Assembly (NCBI GenBank): GCA_963693365.1
Contig: CAVNZM010000073.1
Span: 1 to 14,023 of the forward strand
Origin: Amoebidium appalachense
Lineage: Eukaryota > Protista > Ichthyosporea
DNA length: 14,023 nucleotides
Reading direction: 5' to 3'
The notes beneath the pieces were generated by a model. That model saw only the letters and a list, made by a program, of their open reading frames with translations. It did not search any database and was not told the DNA's origin. The translations under genes were made by a program, and so were the position numbers. This document shows positions 1 through 8,135 of this stretch, piece by piece; within the stretch, counting starts at the first letter, position 1; every line of letters begins with the position of its first letter.

Positions 1-773
1 CTTGTTGAGGGCATAGTGCATGACTAGCTCGTACGGGACAGGCTGCGCGAGCCCGGGCAGCATGGCGGCAATGACGTCCTGGTACTTTTCGACCACGCGT
101 TTGCCAAGAAGTGACAAGGTGCGTCCAATGTCGTAGACCGTCCGAAAGCCGTTGCTTTGTGCAAAATTCTTGGTGATGTAGTCACAGACGAGGCTGCCGA
201 CAGACCTGTTGCCTAGGTTCTTGGATAGCCACGGTGCCCGTGAGGTCCGCAGGAGCACGTATAGGGGCCACCAGGACGCACAGGCCCAATCGACTTCGTC
301 AGGGTCCTGGAACGCGAGCGAAACCTCATGCGTCCAGTTCTGCAGCTGCACATCGTTGCACACGCTTTTGTGTTCATAATTCTCTAGCCCGGTTGAGGCC
401 GGGTCGTAGAGTTTGAGAACACTCTTGAGACCCTGGTGGATGTGGTTTGCTCTTTTCTGGTGGTTGAAATACTCCACGACTTTCAACTCCCTGTCTATGA
501 CGATGCACGAACGATGCGCGGGTTCGCCTAGCACCATAACAAAGTAGCGCTCGCTAGGCTGAGGGTTGCTCAGCCTAAGGCCGGGCTTATCAACTTAACA
601 AACAAACAGTCTTCATACACCCACTCGTAAGTTTTCTTGTGGGGGTCGCTGCCAGGTTCGCTAGCCTTGAGAGCCATATGCTTGCTTGCGGTAACAAATT
701 GGAAGAAGTCGTCCGCACTGAGTGTGTCGAGATCCGTGTCAATAAGGTACTCACCCGGGGCGTCTGGTTCCAT
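1..773 (-). CDS. Putative CE-clan (Ulp1/adenain-like) cysteine protease; split reading frame, 3' end outside the window
   Basis: ATG at 773 gives MEPDAPG...ISPALG* (stop at 570). A second frame is open from 594 to the window edge: ...EPAHRSCIVIDRELKVVEYFN...VQLQ...DWACASWWPLYVLLR.... The His (514-516), Asn, Gln, Cys (280-282) order resembles CE-clan peptidases. The frames join by one added base near 575-597 or by a 44-50 nt GT-AG intron. The 1-594 frame is not in the ORF track. Confidence 0.5.
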
Positions 774-1018
774 ATTTATACACAAAACATCAAAATGACA
801 TCCTGAATGCTCCGCAGGGGCATAATCAACACCTACTCTCCAACCTGCCTCCAAGCGCCGTGCCCGTGGCGCGAGCAGGGGGGTGCGAGCCACCCCCCCC
901 GTGCCTCCCCCTCCCCTGCCCCGTGCGCCTCCCGCCCAGCGCGCACGCGTCCCCACCCAGCACGCGGAACCACGCCCCCAGCGATAAGAAGGGGGGGGGG
1001 GGGGGCATACCCAACGCG

Positions 1019-1056
1019 GGTATAAAAGAAGCTCACACAGCCAGACGAAGTCAGTC
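1019..1056 (+). promoter_or_regulatory. TATA box plus initiator
   Basis: GGTATAAAAG (TATA at 1021), TCAGTC at 1051, ATG at 1066. Confidence 0.75.
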
Positions 1057-1065
1057 GGACACAGC

Positions 1066-1776
1066 ATGGCTGGCGAGCAGAACAAAGAAGGCGACATGTC
1101 GTTTCAGGACCTTTGCAGGGAGTTCCCCCAGTTTAACCAAATCAGGGTGCATGAAGAGGGAAAGGATGCAAAAGTCAGTGTCTTGGATATAGTGACGATT
1201 CTGCTTGGCAACCGGGACGCTGCTCGACAGGCCTGGAAATCTCTGAAAGACAGTCCCTGTCTATCTGGGATCACAAGTGTTTCTGTTATACGAATCAACG
1301 GTAAAGGCGTACCGACACCGGTAGCACCATGGGATATGATGCGCCAGATAGTAGCTACCATTCTTCCAAGCTGCAAAGCCTCAGCAGACAAAAAGGCCTA
1401 CTGGGCTTCAGCATTCGATTTGCCGGTAGGGGTGATGATGCAAACTTATATCGAAAGCGAGACCATCTCAGTTATCCAGCGGTGCACGGCATACTTTGAA
1501 AGCTCGCCACAGTTCTACGTAAAACCATATCGTGTCGACCTCTACTTTCCCTCGCTGAATCTGGCAGTTGAGTGTGATGAACACAACCATGACAACCGCG
1601 ACCCAGTGTATGAGGAGGAACGCCAGAACTACATAACCAAGGCGCTGGGATGTCGGTGGCTGCGCTACAACCCTCACGCAGAGGGGTTCTGTGTGTACAG
1701 CGTGGTGAATGATATTGTGACGCTTGCTATGGGTGGGCAGGCTTTCCCTAGCTACCAGCAAGGTCGCAAGGTATAA
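1066..1776 (+). CDS. BRO-N-like DNA-binding domain fused to a DUF559/Vsr-like endonuclease
   Basis: 236 aa. The N-terminus (SVLDIV..LLG....A..AW; INGKG..TPVA) is shared with the 1817 and 8183 genes. The C-terminus YRVDLYFP..NLAVECDE..H..RD....EERQ..I...LGC..LRYNP is typical of viral DUF559-like nucleases. Confidence 0.8.
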   Translation: MAGEQNKEGDMSFQDLCREFPQFNQIRVHEEGKDAKVSVLDIVTILLGNRDAARQAWKSLKDSPCLSGITSVSVIRINGKGVPTPVAPWDMMRQIVATILPSCKASADKKAYWASAFDLPVGVMMQTYIESETISVIQRCTAYFESSPQFYVKPYRVDLYFPSLNLAVECDEHNHDNRDPVYEEERQNYITKALGCRWLRYNPHAEGFCVYSVVNDIVTLAMGGQAFPSYQQGRKV

Positions 1777-1807
1777 AAGGGCGACGCCCGCGCAGAACCA
1801 GTCATTC
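1770..1807 (+). promoter_or_regulatory. TATA box plus initiator, overlapping the upstream stop codon
   Basis: GGTATAAAAG (TATA at 1772 contains the TAA stop at 1774-1776), TCATTC at 1802, ATG at 1817. Confidence 0.75.
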
Positions 1808-1816
1808 TGACACAGC

Positions 1817-2728
1817 ATGGCTGGCGAGCAGAACAAAAAAGGCGACATGTCGCTTCTTTGGAAGGAGTTCCCCCAGTTCAAGGGCACCATCCTACGTGTT
1901 GACGAGGATACGAAGATGGCGAGTGTCCTGGATACCGCAACCATTGTGCTTGGAAACCGAGACGCGGCTCGACAAGCCTGGAAGGCCCTGAAGGATAGCA
2001 AGGATCCACCCGTGAGTGAACCCGTGAGTCAGACTCATAGGTTGAAAATCAACGGCAAGGGTAATCAGACTGATGTGGCCCCCTTCCGTGTCCTCCTCGA
2101 GATCATCTTCCTGCTCCCCGGCAAGCGCGCCCACGAGTTCCGCAGGACCTGTGCCACCTACATAGCCCGTCTGCTCTCCGGCGACCTCTCCCTCATCCCC
2201 GAGATCGAGGCCCGCTACGACGCCAGCACCTCCGAGGAGCGTGCGTTCTTCCGCAACGGCACCGACGAGACCCCCGACCGCAAGCGGCGCCGCGAGGAGC
2301 TGGAGGAGGAGCGTCGCCTGCGCGTGAAGCGGGAGGAGGCCGAGGTCGAGCGCTTGCTGATTGAGAACGGGCGCATGCGTGTGGAGAACATCCGGAGCTA
2401 CCGCAGCCTCCTCGAGGAGTTCGGCCTGGACCGGGACCCGCGCATGCGCATGCTGCTCAACGACGCCGTGGCCAACGTGCTCGTGCCCGCCGGCGAGCGT
2501 GCGGCCATCGAGGAGTCGGCGATTGGCGGCTACATGACCGTGGGCAAGTTCCTCGTCGACCGCGGCATCACCGACAAGTCCAGCAGCACGCTCGGCCGGC
2601 TGCTCGCACGCACGTGGCGCGAGCAGGAGGGCTGCGAGCCCGAGGAGACGTTGAAGATGGTGCAGGGGGACCTGCGCCCGGTCAAGGTGTACCCCGTGCG
2701 CTTCCTGGAGAAGCACGTCCTGGGGTAG
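1817..2728 (+). CDS. BRO-N-like protein with coiled coil and basic NLS-like motif
   Basis: 303 aa. TDVA....LLEIIFLLPGKRAHEFR....ARLLSGDLSLI.EIE is a BRO-N-like core, followed by PDRKRRR and an E/R-rich coil. Strong GC3 bias, a paralog at 8183-9101, and AATAAA at 2764. Confidence 0.8.
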   Translation: MAGEQNKKGDMSLLWKEFPQFKGTILRVDEDTKMASVLDTATIVLGNRDAARQAWKALKDSKDPPVSEPVSQTHRLKINGKGNQTDVAPFRVLLEIIFLLPGKRAHEFRRTCATYIARLLSGDLSLIPEIEARYDASTSEERAFFRNGTDETPDRKRRREELEEERRLRVKREEAEVERLLIENGRMRVENIRSYRSLLEEFGLDRDPRMRMLLNDAVANVLVPAGERAAIEESAIGGYMTVGKFLVDRGITDKSSSTLGRLLARTWREQEGCEPEETLKMVQGDLRPVKVYPVRFLEKHVLG

Positions 2729-2763
2729 CCAGCCTGTCATCCCCAACAATTGGGGCTCCTGTC

Positions 2764-2830
2764 AATAAAGGGTTTCGACCAATCAGATTGAAACGGGATT
2801 GGTCGATTATGAATGTTTCGACCAATCAGA
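2764..2830. promoter_or_regulatory. PolyA signal and CCAAT-containing inverted/direct repeat
   Basis: AATAAA at 2764-2769. TCGACCAATC (2775-2784) is inverted with GATTGGTCGA (2797-2806). GTTTCGACCAATCAGA is repeated at 2772 and 2815. Confidence 0.5.
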
Positions 2831-2920
2831 ATGAATAGCGGGTTAATACGATTCAAGCATTATTCAAAGGTGGTCTCCATGATTCAACCAATATTGAAAT
2901 GGATGCTCCGTGGATCGAAC

Positions 2921-3506
2921 GATATTGACCGAGGGTCCGTGTTTGGTTGACCGGATATTGGCAGGGGTTCGCGCGATGTTCGTTTTGGGTTCACTAGATT
3001 TTCGCCAAACACGAGTTCGGGTTGACCGGATATTGGCAGGGGTTCGCGCGATCTTCGTTTTGGGTTCACTAGATTTTCGCCAAACACGAGTTCGGGTTGA
3101 CAGGATATTGACCGAGGGTTCGTGTTTGGTTGACCCGATATTGGCCAACTCTGCGCTGCTTTGACCGTCTATTGGCCAACTCTGCGCTGCTTTGACCATA
3201 TATTGGCCAACTCTGCGCTGCTTTGACCGTCTATTGGCCAACTCTGCGCTAGCTTCGTTGAATATTCACTACTTCGCGCTAGCTTTGACCGTCTATTGGC
3301 CAACTCTGCGCTAGCTTCGTTGAATATTCACTACTTCGCGCTAGCTTTGACCGTCTATTGGCCAACTCTGCGCTAGCTTCGTTGAATATTCACTACTTCG
3401 CGCTAGCTTTGACCGTCTATTGGCCAACTCTGCGCTAGCTTCGTTGAATATTCACTACTTCGCGCTAGCTTTGACCGTCTATTGGCCAACTCTGCGCTGC
3501 TTTGAC
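2921..3506. repeat. Compound tandem array: 75 bp x2, 31 bp x3, 62 bp x4
   Basis: 75-bp units start at 2945 and 3020. TTGGCCAAC recurs at 3141, 3172, 3203 and 3234 (period 31), then at 3296, 3358, 3420 and 3482 (period 62). Confidence 0.95.
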
Positions 3507-3532
3507 TTTTTAAACGCCCGTGGCTTCTTTAT

Positions 3533-3889
3533 TTATTTTTCGTCTTTTACGTCTTTGCCCGCGTCGTCCCCCCAAATCAGCTGCAACGTGTCCTCTTCGG
3601 TTGTAAGCGTGATGTTCAGCGACGTGATGGTTTGCACAGCCATCCTGTACACGTCGGCCGGTGCATAGTCGAACAGGTGGATCCTCGGCTGGCGGTCGGG
3701 GTAGTAGTGGCTGTATGCGAGCACGTTTCCGATCGCCGTCTTCCACTGCGACGCGCGCTGGACCTCGATGACCTGCGTGCTCGTCAGCACGTCGATCCGG
3801 CCGGCCCGTGTGCGCACCTCGCACACCCCGTCCTCGAGCTCGGCCAGTCGCTCGCGCACGAACGCCTCGTCGTAGCCTACCGCGGACAT
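3533..3889 (-). CDS. PD-(D/E)XK nuclease-like protein (EVQ variant)
   Basis: 118 aa from MSAVGYDEAFVRERLA, with GRIDVLT..QVIEVQRASQWK.AIG..LAY..YYP.....IHLF. It aligns with the 4684 gene from its start. AATAAA overlaps the stop. Confidence 0.8.
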   Translation of the reverse strand: MSAVGYDEAFVRERLAELEDGVCEVRTRAGRIDVLTSTQVIEVQRASQWKTAIGNVLAYSHYYPDRQPRIHLFDYAPADVYRMAVQTITSLNITLTTEEDTLQLIWGDDAGKDVKDEK

Positions 3890-3917
3890 CCTGTACAGTG
3901 CGCAGAAAAAAACGCGG

Positions 3918-3984
3918 GCCTCTCGTGCCCCCCAAGCCACACATGCCACCCAAGCCTCGCATGCCTCCCAAGCCTCGCATGCCA
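3918..3984 (-). repeat. 18-bp tandem repeat carrying GCATGCGAGGC, upstream of the 3889 gene
   Basis: cccaagcc(t/a)c(g/a)catgcc at 3931, 3949 and 3967. Same core as the repeats at 7222 and 7854. Confidence 0.75.
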
Positions 3985-4009
3985 ACCCCCGGCGGGGTCA
4001 TTTTATTGA

Positions 4010-4684
4010 TCATTGACCAGACAACTTGGCATCAAAGTCCAAGACCTTGCCTTTGTTGAAATGGTACGCCATTGTTCTTTCCGATGTGGGGTTCCCTATC
4101 TTCACCATGCCCGAGCTGACCGAGGCACGATCCCCGAGAACCTTCCTGAGGCATGAACCCAACCTCTTGGATCCCACCCGAAGTTCTGTACCCATCCCCC
4201 TTGCGCTTGCCCAGGTGCGCATCAGCTCCAACATCCCTCCAGTCGTCACCCACATCTCCCCTTCCACTAGTTGCGGTACTGTAACACCGTATCCGTTTGC
4301 CATGTCCTTCAAGAACTGTACCTCCGCTGGAATAGAATCAGGCTGTGGTCTGGGGGGTGTTGGTCGTTTGCCCCACACGAGCTGCATCGTATCAGGTTCC
4401 AATGTCACTAGTACGTTGAAGGATGTCATTGTTTCGATTGCTGTTTTGTACACATCCGCTGGTGCGTAGTCAAACAGATGGACCCGCGGTCGGTGGCTGG
4501 GGTAGTACTTCATGTACGCCAGCACCTGTCCCATAGCGGCCTTCCACTGCGGTGCGCGCTTGACCTCGATGATGTCCGTGTCTGTGAGCAGGTCGATCCG
4601 GCCGGCAGGGGTCACCACTTCGCGTTTCCCCCCCTCGATCCGTGCCAATCTGTCTCTGACGAACGCCTCGTTGTAGGTGGCCAT
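4010..4684 (-). CDS. PD-(D/E)XK nuclease-like protein with a C-terminal domain resembling the helicase C-terminus
   Basis: 224 aa. EVVTPAGRIDLLT...IIEVK....WKAAMGQVLAY..YYP motif with intact D and ExK, then a Pro-rich linker and a domain of about 105 aa. AATAAA at 4002-4007 just after the stop. Confidence 0.8.
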   Translation of the reverse strand: MATYNEAFVRDRLARIEGGKREVVTPAGRIDLLTDTDIIEVKRAPQWKAAMGQVLAYMKYYPSHRPRVHLFDYAPADVYKTAIETMTSFNVLVTLEPDTMQLVWGKRPTPPRPQPDSIPAEVQFLKDMANGYGVTVPQLVEGEMWVTTGGMLELMRTWASARGMGTELRVGSKRLGSCLRKVLGDRASVSSGMVKIGNPTSERTMAYHFNKGKVLDFDAKLSGQ

Positions 4685-4777
4685 CGTTGTAGGTCACAGA
4701 AAAAATCAGTGGCCGACGAAGAAGACCAGGGGTTATATAAAGCGTTATCATGTTTCTTTTCTTGCCACTTAGCAGTA
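4685..4777. promoter_or_regulatory. Putative bidirectional promoter
   Basis: 93 bp between divergent ATGs (4684 and 4778) with a central palindromic TTATATAA at 4733-4740. Confidence 0.6.
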
Positions 4778-5233
4778 ATGGACCTCCAATACACGCCAAC
4801 CATAGAGACACCCCCTAACCCGAAGCGCCACGCTTGCACACTGTGTTCAGCAATGTTCACATTCAAGGCAAATCTAAAAAGACACGAAAATACCCACAAG
4901 AATAATAGCACCGGCGCATATGCCTGTCCACAACCCGGCTGCTTTGCAAGCTTTGCCCGCAGCGACCACATGAAACTGCACCAGCGCACACACTCTGGCA
5001 GCCGACCCTATCAATGCCCAGACTGTCCAGCCACTTACGTCTATCCTGCGGGTTTGTGGGTTCACCGACGAACAGCTCATGAAGGGTGTCAGCTGCCGAG
5101 ACGGCCCCGGCGCGCAAGCGGGCGTTTTACATGCCCCTTCGACCAGTGCCAGGCTGCATTTGCCTGGTCTACAACCCTGAACAGGCACGTCGAGACTGAA
5201 CACCCCAGTCTTGTGCCCAGCCCGAAGGTATAA
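4778..5233 (+). CDS. C2H2 zinc-finger protein, four fingers
   Basis: 151 aa from MDLQY. Fingers: CTLC..H..H, CPQPGC..RSDHMKLHQRTH, CPDC..H...H, CPFDQC..H...H, with the HSGSRPY linker resembling TGEKPY. Confidence 0.9.
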   Translation: MDLQYTPTIETPPNPKRHACTLCSAMFTFKANLKRHENTHKNNSTGAYACPQPGCFASFARSDHMKLHQRTHSGSRPYQCPDCPATYVYPAGLWVHRRTAHEGCQLPRRPRRASGRFTCPFDQCQAAFAWSTTLNRHVETEHPSLVPSPKV

Positions 5234-5264
5234 AAGCGCTTGCCAGACCTCAGACCGTCAAATA
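5227..5264 (+). promoter_or_regulatory. TATA box overlapping the zinc-finger stop codon
   Basis: GGTATAAAAG (TATA at 5229, TAA stop at 5231-5233), TCA at 5258, ATG at 5289. Confidence 0.65.
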
Positions 5265-5288
5265 TTATCTATCCCCTTCACTACCACA

Positions 5289-6782
5289 ATGGATGTCATT
5301 CGCTCAAAGATGGACATTGACCGTATCGAGAAGAGGGAAAGGCTCCGTGTGGCATTTGACGATTTCGAGCGGCTCACAGGGAACTACAACAACTGGTTGC
5401 CTCCGCATGAGGTGGCAGACTACAAATGGGAAAGTATGGACCAAGTTTACACGTTCCTGCGCACACTGGTCGCATACTCAAACAAAGACCAGGTGTACAT
5501 CGTCAAGCACTTCGAGGATGGCCGATTCATCCATCAGATCAAGCCAAAGGAGAAGGTTGTGGACATGTTGTCGAAATACTCCTTCACACTGCCAGGGGAT
5601 GGCGTTGGAAAGAAGCCCGAATACAAGGGAGCCAATTATGTTACCGACATGCGCGGAATACTGGTGTACTACAGGGGTATCGTGTTTGACCCTAGCGACC
5701 CCGACCCCAAAACGGGCCAGCGCAACCCCATGTACACCGACTGCCACAACCGCGCCTTCAACAGCTTTCCGGGATTCCGGTTTGTATACGAGCCGGGATT
5801 TGTTGTGGATGAGTCGGTGCTCCAGCCTTTCCTTGAGCATGCAAGGGATGTCATTTGTGCAGGGGACGAAATCCTGTTCCATTATGTCATCGAGTGGCTG
5901 GGGCACATGTTTCAGTACCCAGCCCAAAAGCCAGAGTCTGCATGGCTGATGCGTAGCATTGAGGGTACCGGCAAGAACGTGTTTGTGAAAATCATCACGA
6001 ATCTGCTGGGTGAAGAGCTGGTCGGTGTTGTGGAAACCGAGGATCGCCTTTCTTCTCGCTTCAATGTCGGAATCACGTTCAAGTTGCTCGTAGTGTGCAA
6101 CGAGGTAACCTATGGAAAAAGCCATCGTACCCCCAACCATCTGAAGACCCTCATTACCGACGACACCATGACCTACGAGTCCAAGGGCATCGATGCAGTC
6201 AAGGTCAGGTCATGTGAGCGCTGGATCCTGATGTCCAATGAACAGCATCCACTCCCTGTAAGCCGGACAGACAGACGCTATGCGTGCATGGAGGTATCTG
6301 ACAGGCGTGTTGGTGATGAGGTATACTTTCGTAACCTCGTGCATTGCTATAGTAGTGTGTCTGTACTGAAAACCCTGTACCACTGGCTTATGAGGATCCA
6401 CATCAAAGACCCAAACCGGGTGCTTCCACCGATGACCGCCTTGAAGCGGAAGCTCCAGGATATGAGTGGGCCACTGGAGTTGCAGTTTCTACGAGATTTA
6501 TTGAAACGTGAGAACGGGTTTGAAGATATGCAGATGTTTGAGGACGGAGCGCGTGTTACATCAACAACGCTTTTTCATCTTTTCCAGTTGTGGTGGGAGA
6601 GAAACACAACCGACAAGTCCAGAAGACCCACACAACGAGACTTTGGAATGGCCGTCACTGCCATTTTGGGGGAGGTCAAGAGTACGAGGGTGAATGCGAT
6701 CGCCTATGGTGCCGAGGACTGCAAATCTGCTTCGGGGATAACTCGCTGCTACACCCTTGACCGAACACTCGTGGGTGTGTGA
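5289..6782 (+). CDS. D5-like/DUF5906 superfamily 3 helicase (NrS-1 type), no recognisable primase domain
   Basis: 497 aa from MDVIRSK. Walker A SIEGTGKN, Walker B LVVCNE, LKTLIT..YESKG, motif C WILMSN, Arg finger DRRY, and upstream FN.FPGF and YPAQKP motifs. Confidence 0.9.
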   Translation: MDVIRSKMDIDRIEKRERLRVAFDDFERLTGNYNNWLPPHEVADYKWESMDQVYTFLRTLVAYSNKDQVYIVKHFEDGRFIHQIKPKEKVVDMLSKYSFTLPGDGVGKKPEYKGANYVTDMRGILVYYRGIVFDPSDPDPKTGQRNPMYTDCHNRAFNSFPGFRFVYEPGFVVDESVLQPFLEHARDVICAGDEILFHYVIEWLGHMFQYPAQKPESAWLMRSIEGTGKNVFVKIITNLLGEELVGVVETEDRLSSRFNVGITFKLLVVCNEVTYGKSHRTPNHLKTLITDDTMTYESKGIDAVKVRSCERWILMSNEQHPLPVSRTDRRYACMEVSDRRVGDEVYFRNLVHCYSSVSVLKTLYHWLMRIHIKDPNRVLPPMTALKRKLQDMSGPLELQFLRDLLKRENGFEDMQMFEDGARVTSTTLFHLFQLWWERNTTDKSRRPTQRDFGMAVTAILGEVKSTRVNAIAYGAEDCKSASGITRCYTLDRTLVGV

Positions 6783-6796
6783 CTGTATTTGTTCTA

Positions 6797-7062
6797 TGTA
6801 ACTTGCTCTGTAGAGGGGTAACGTTACCGTAACGTTATGTAGATAGAGAAACCAACCAATCAAAACACAGTAATTTTCCTAAATCAACCATTGTAACTTT
6901 TGTAACATACTTTCTTATTTGTAGAGGGTGTAAATAGAGAAATAAATTGGCGGGGAGGGGAGGTTTGGAGGGCTCTGATTGGTTGCTGGGTGGCGTTGCT
7001 ATGGCGATTTTCCATTTTGGGACGGAGTTGAAACTTCCCTCTACACGGTTACAGACTCTACA
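6797..7062. other. Candidate replication origin
   Basis: AT-rich region directly after the helicase. Palindrome GGTAACGTTACC at 6817-6828, TGTAGAGGG at 6809 and 6920 and inverted at 7037, several TGTAAC copies, and an inverted CAACCAATCA pair at 6853 and 6976. Confidence 0.4.
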
Positions 7063-7221
7063 CCGTGGTGGTCGAAAACAGTATAACGGCTTAGAATCTT
7101 GGAAATCAGAAATCCAGGCATTGATGTTATCGCACCCCCCCTCCCCCCGGGGCCCTGGGTGGCTGGGGGTGGCTGTGGGGGACACACGAGGAACCAATAA
7201 AGGAACCACCGGAACCACCGC

Positions 7222-7320
7222 GCACGCGAGGCATGCGAGGCATGCGAGGCAGGCGAGGCACCCGCGCACACGGGCACCCCCAGCCCCCCCAGCCCCGCCC
7301 AGCCACCCCCAGCCCCCCAC
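7222..7320 (+). repeat. 9-bp GCAYGCGAG tandem repeat plus C-rich CCCAGCC repeats
   Basis: Four copies at 7222-7257 (one is GCAGGCGAG), then ccccagccc-type units, upstream of the 7429 gene. Confidence 0.8.
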
Positions 7321-7428
7321 GCGCCGCAACATTGTCGGGCGCACACACAAGGTCGAAAGTGCGATGTGTGATTGTCAATGGGTAACCCGGCTGGGGGCGG
7401 CACGCGAATATTATGTGTGCGGTATGTG

Positions 7429-7824
7429 ATGACGGACACCGAGGATGAGATCGAACGGGCCATGGTCATATACGAGCTGGCCGACCGGTTGAAAGGTGTC
7501 GAGGGGACGCTCACCAAGGTCGGGCGCATCGACGTGCTGACGAACGACCAGATCGTCCAGGTCGAGCAGCTGGCCGATTGGAAGACCGCCATGGCGAACG
7601 TGCTGGCCAACCACCACTTCCACCCCGACAAAGACATGCGCGTGCACCTGTTTGTCCACGGCCCCCCCGTGCCCGCCGAAACCATCGCGCACGCGATGAA
7701 GATCATGGACAAGCACGAGATCCTGGTGACGTGCGAGGAGGACATCCTGTACGGGCTGTTTGGGCCTCACAATGCGGCCCCTCCCGGCGAGAAGCCCGGG
7801 AAGAATAAAGAGAACGAGCACTAA
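7429..7824 (+). CDS. Divergent PD-(D/E)XK-like paralog (QVE variant, probably inactive)
   Basis: 131 aa from MTDTEDE, with GRIDVLTNDQIVQVEQLADWKTAMANVLA....HP.....VHLF. High GC3. Confidence 0.75.
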   Translation: MTDTEDEIERAMVIYELADRLKGVEGTLTKVGRIDVLTNDQIVQVEQLADWKTAMANVLANHHFHPDKDMRVHLFVHGPPVPAETIAHAMKIMDKHEILVTCEEDILYGLFGPHNAAPPGEKPGKNKENEH

Positions 7825-7853
7825 CCGGGGCCCCTCCTCGATGCAACCACCAC

Positions 7854-8035
7854 GCGCGCGAGGCACGCGAGGCACGCGAGGCATGCGCGGCGGGCGAGGC
7901 ACACGGGCACACGCACACACACCACACACAGCCGTTCTGCGCGCGAGGCACGCGAGGCACGCGAGGCACACGAGGCACTCGCGCCCCCAGCCACCCCCAG
8001 CCCCGCCCAGCCCCCCCCAGCCACCCCACGCCCCG
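7854..8035 (+). repeat. 9-bp GCAYGCGAG tandem repeats (two blocks) plus C-rich repeats
   Basis: Blocks at 7854-7907 and 7939-7983, then CCCAGCC units. Same layout as 7222-7320. Confidence 0.8.
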
Positions 8036-8135
8036 CGCAGGAACCCATTCAAAATTGTCACCCGCCGCACGCAGCTTGACATTTCAATGGATAAGCACGA
8101 ACCTGCCCTCAGCACGAGTGAGGGTGCCACGCGCA

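Noticed and set aside
1892-2749. Antisense ORFs over the BRO genes (also 8247-9173)
   Set aside because: These are shadows of high-GC3 coding on the opposite strand.
2921-3506. CRISPR or guide-RNA array next to nuclease genes
   Set aside because: The intervening segments are identical between units, so there are no unique spacers, and no cas-like gene is present.
4478-4777. N-terminal extensions in the ORF track (4478, 5211, 3985, 7372, 9801, 1097)
   Set aside because: They overlap other genes, promoters or repeats. Downstream ATGs fit the TATA positions or paralog alignments better.
6835-7429. ORFs across the origin-like and GC-repeat region (also 7411-8340, 7760-8176)
   Set aside because: They are low-complexity translations of 9-bp repeats with no recognisable domain.
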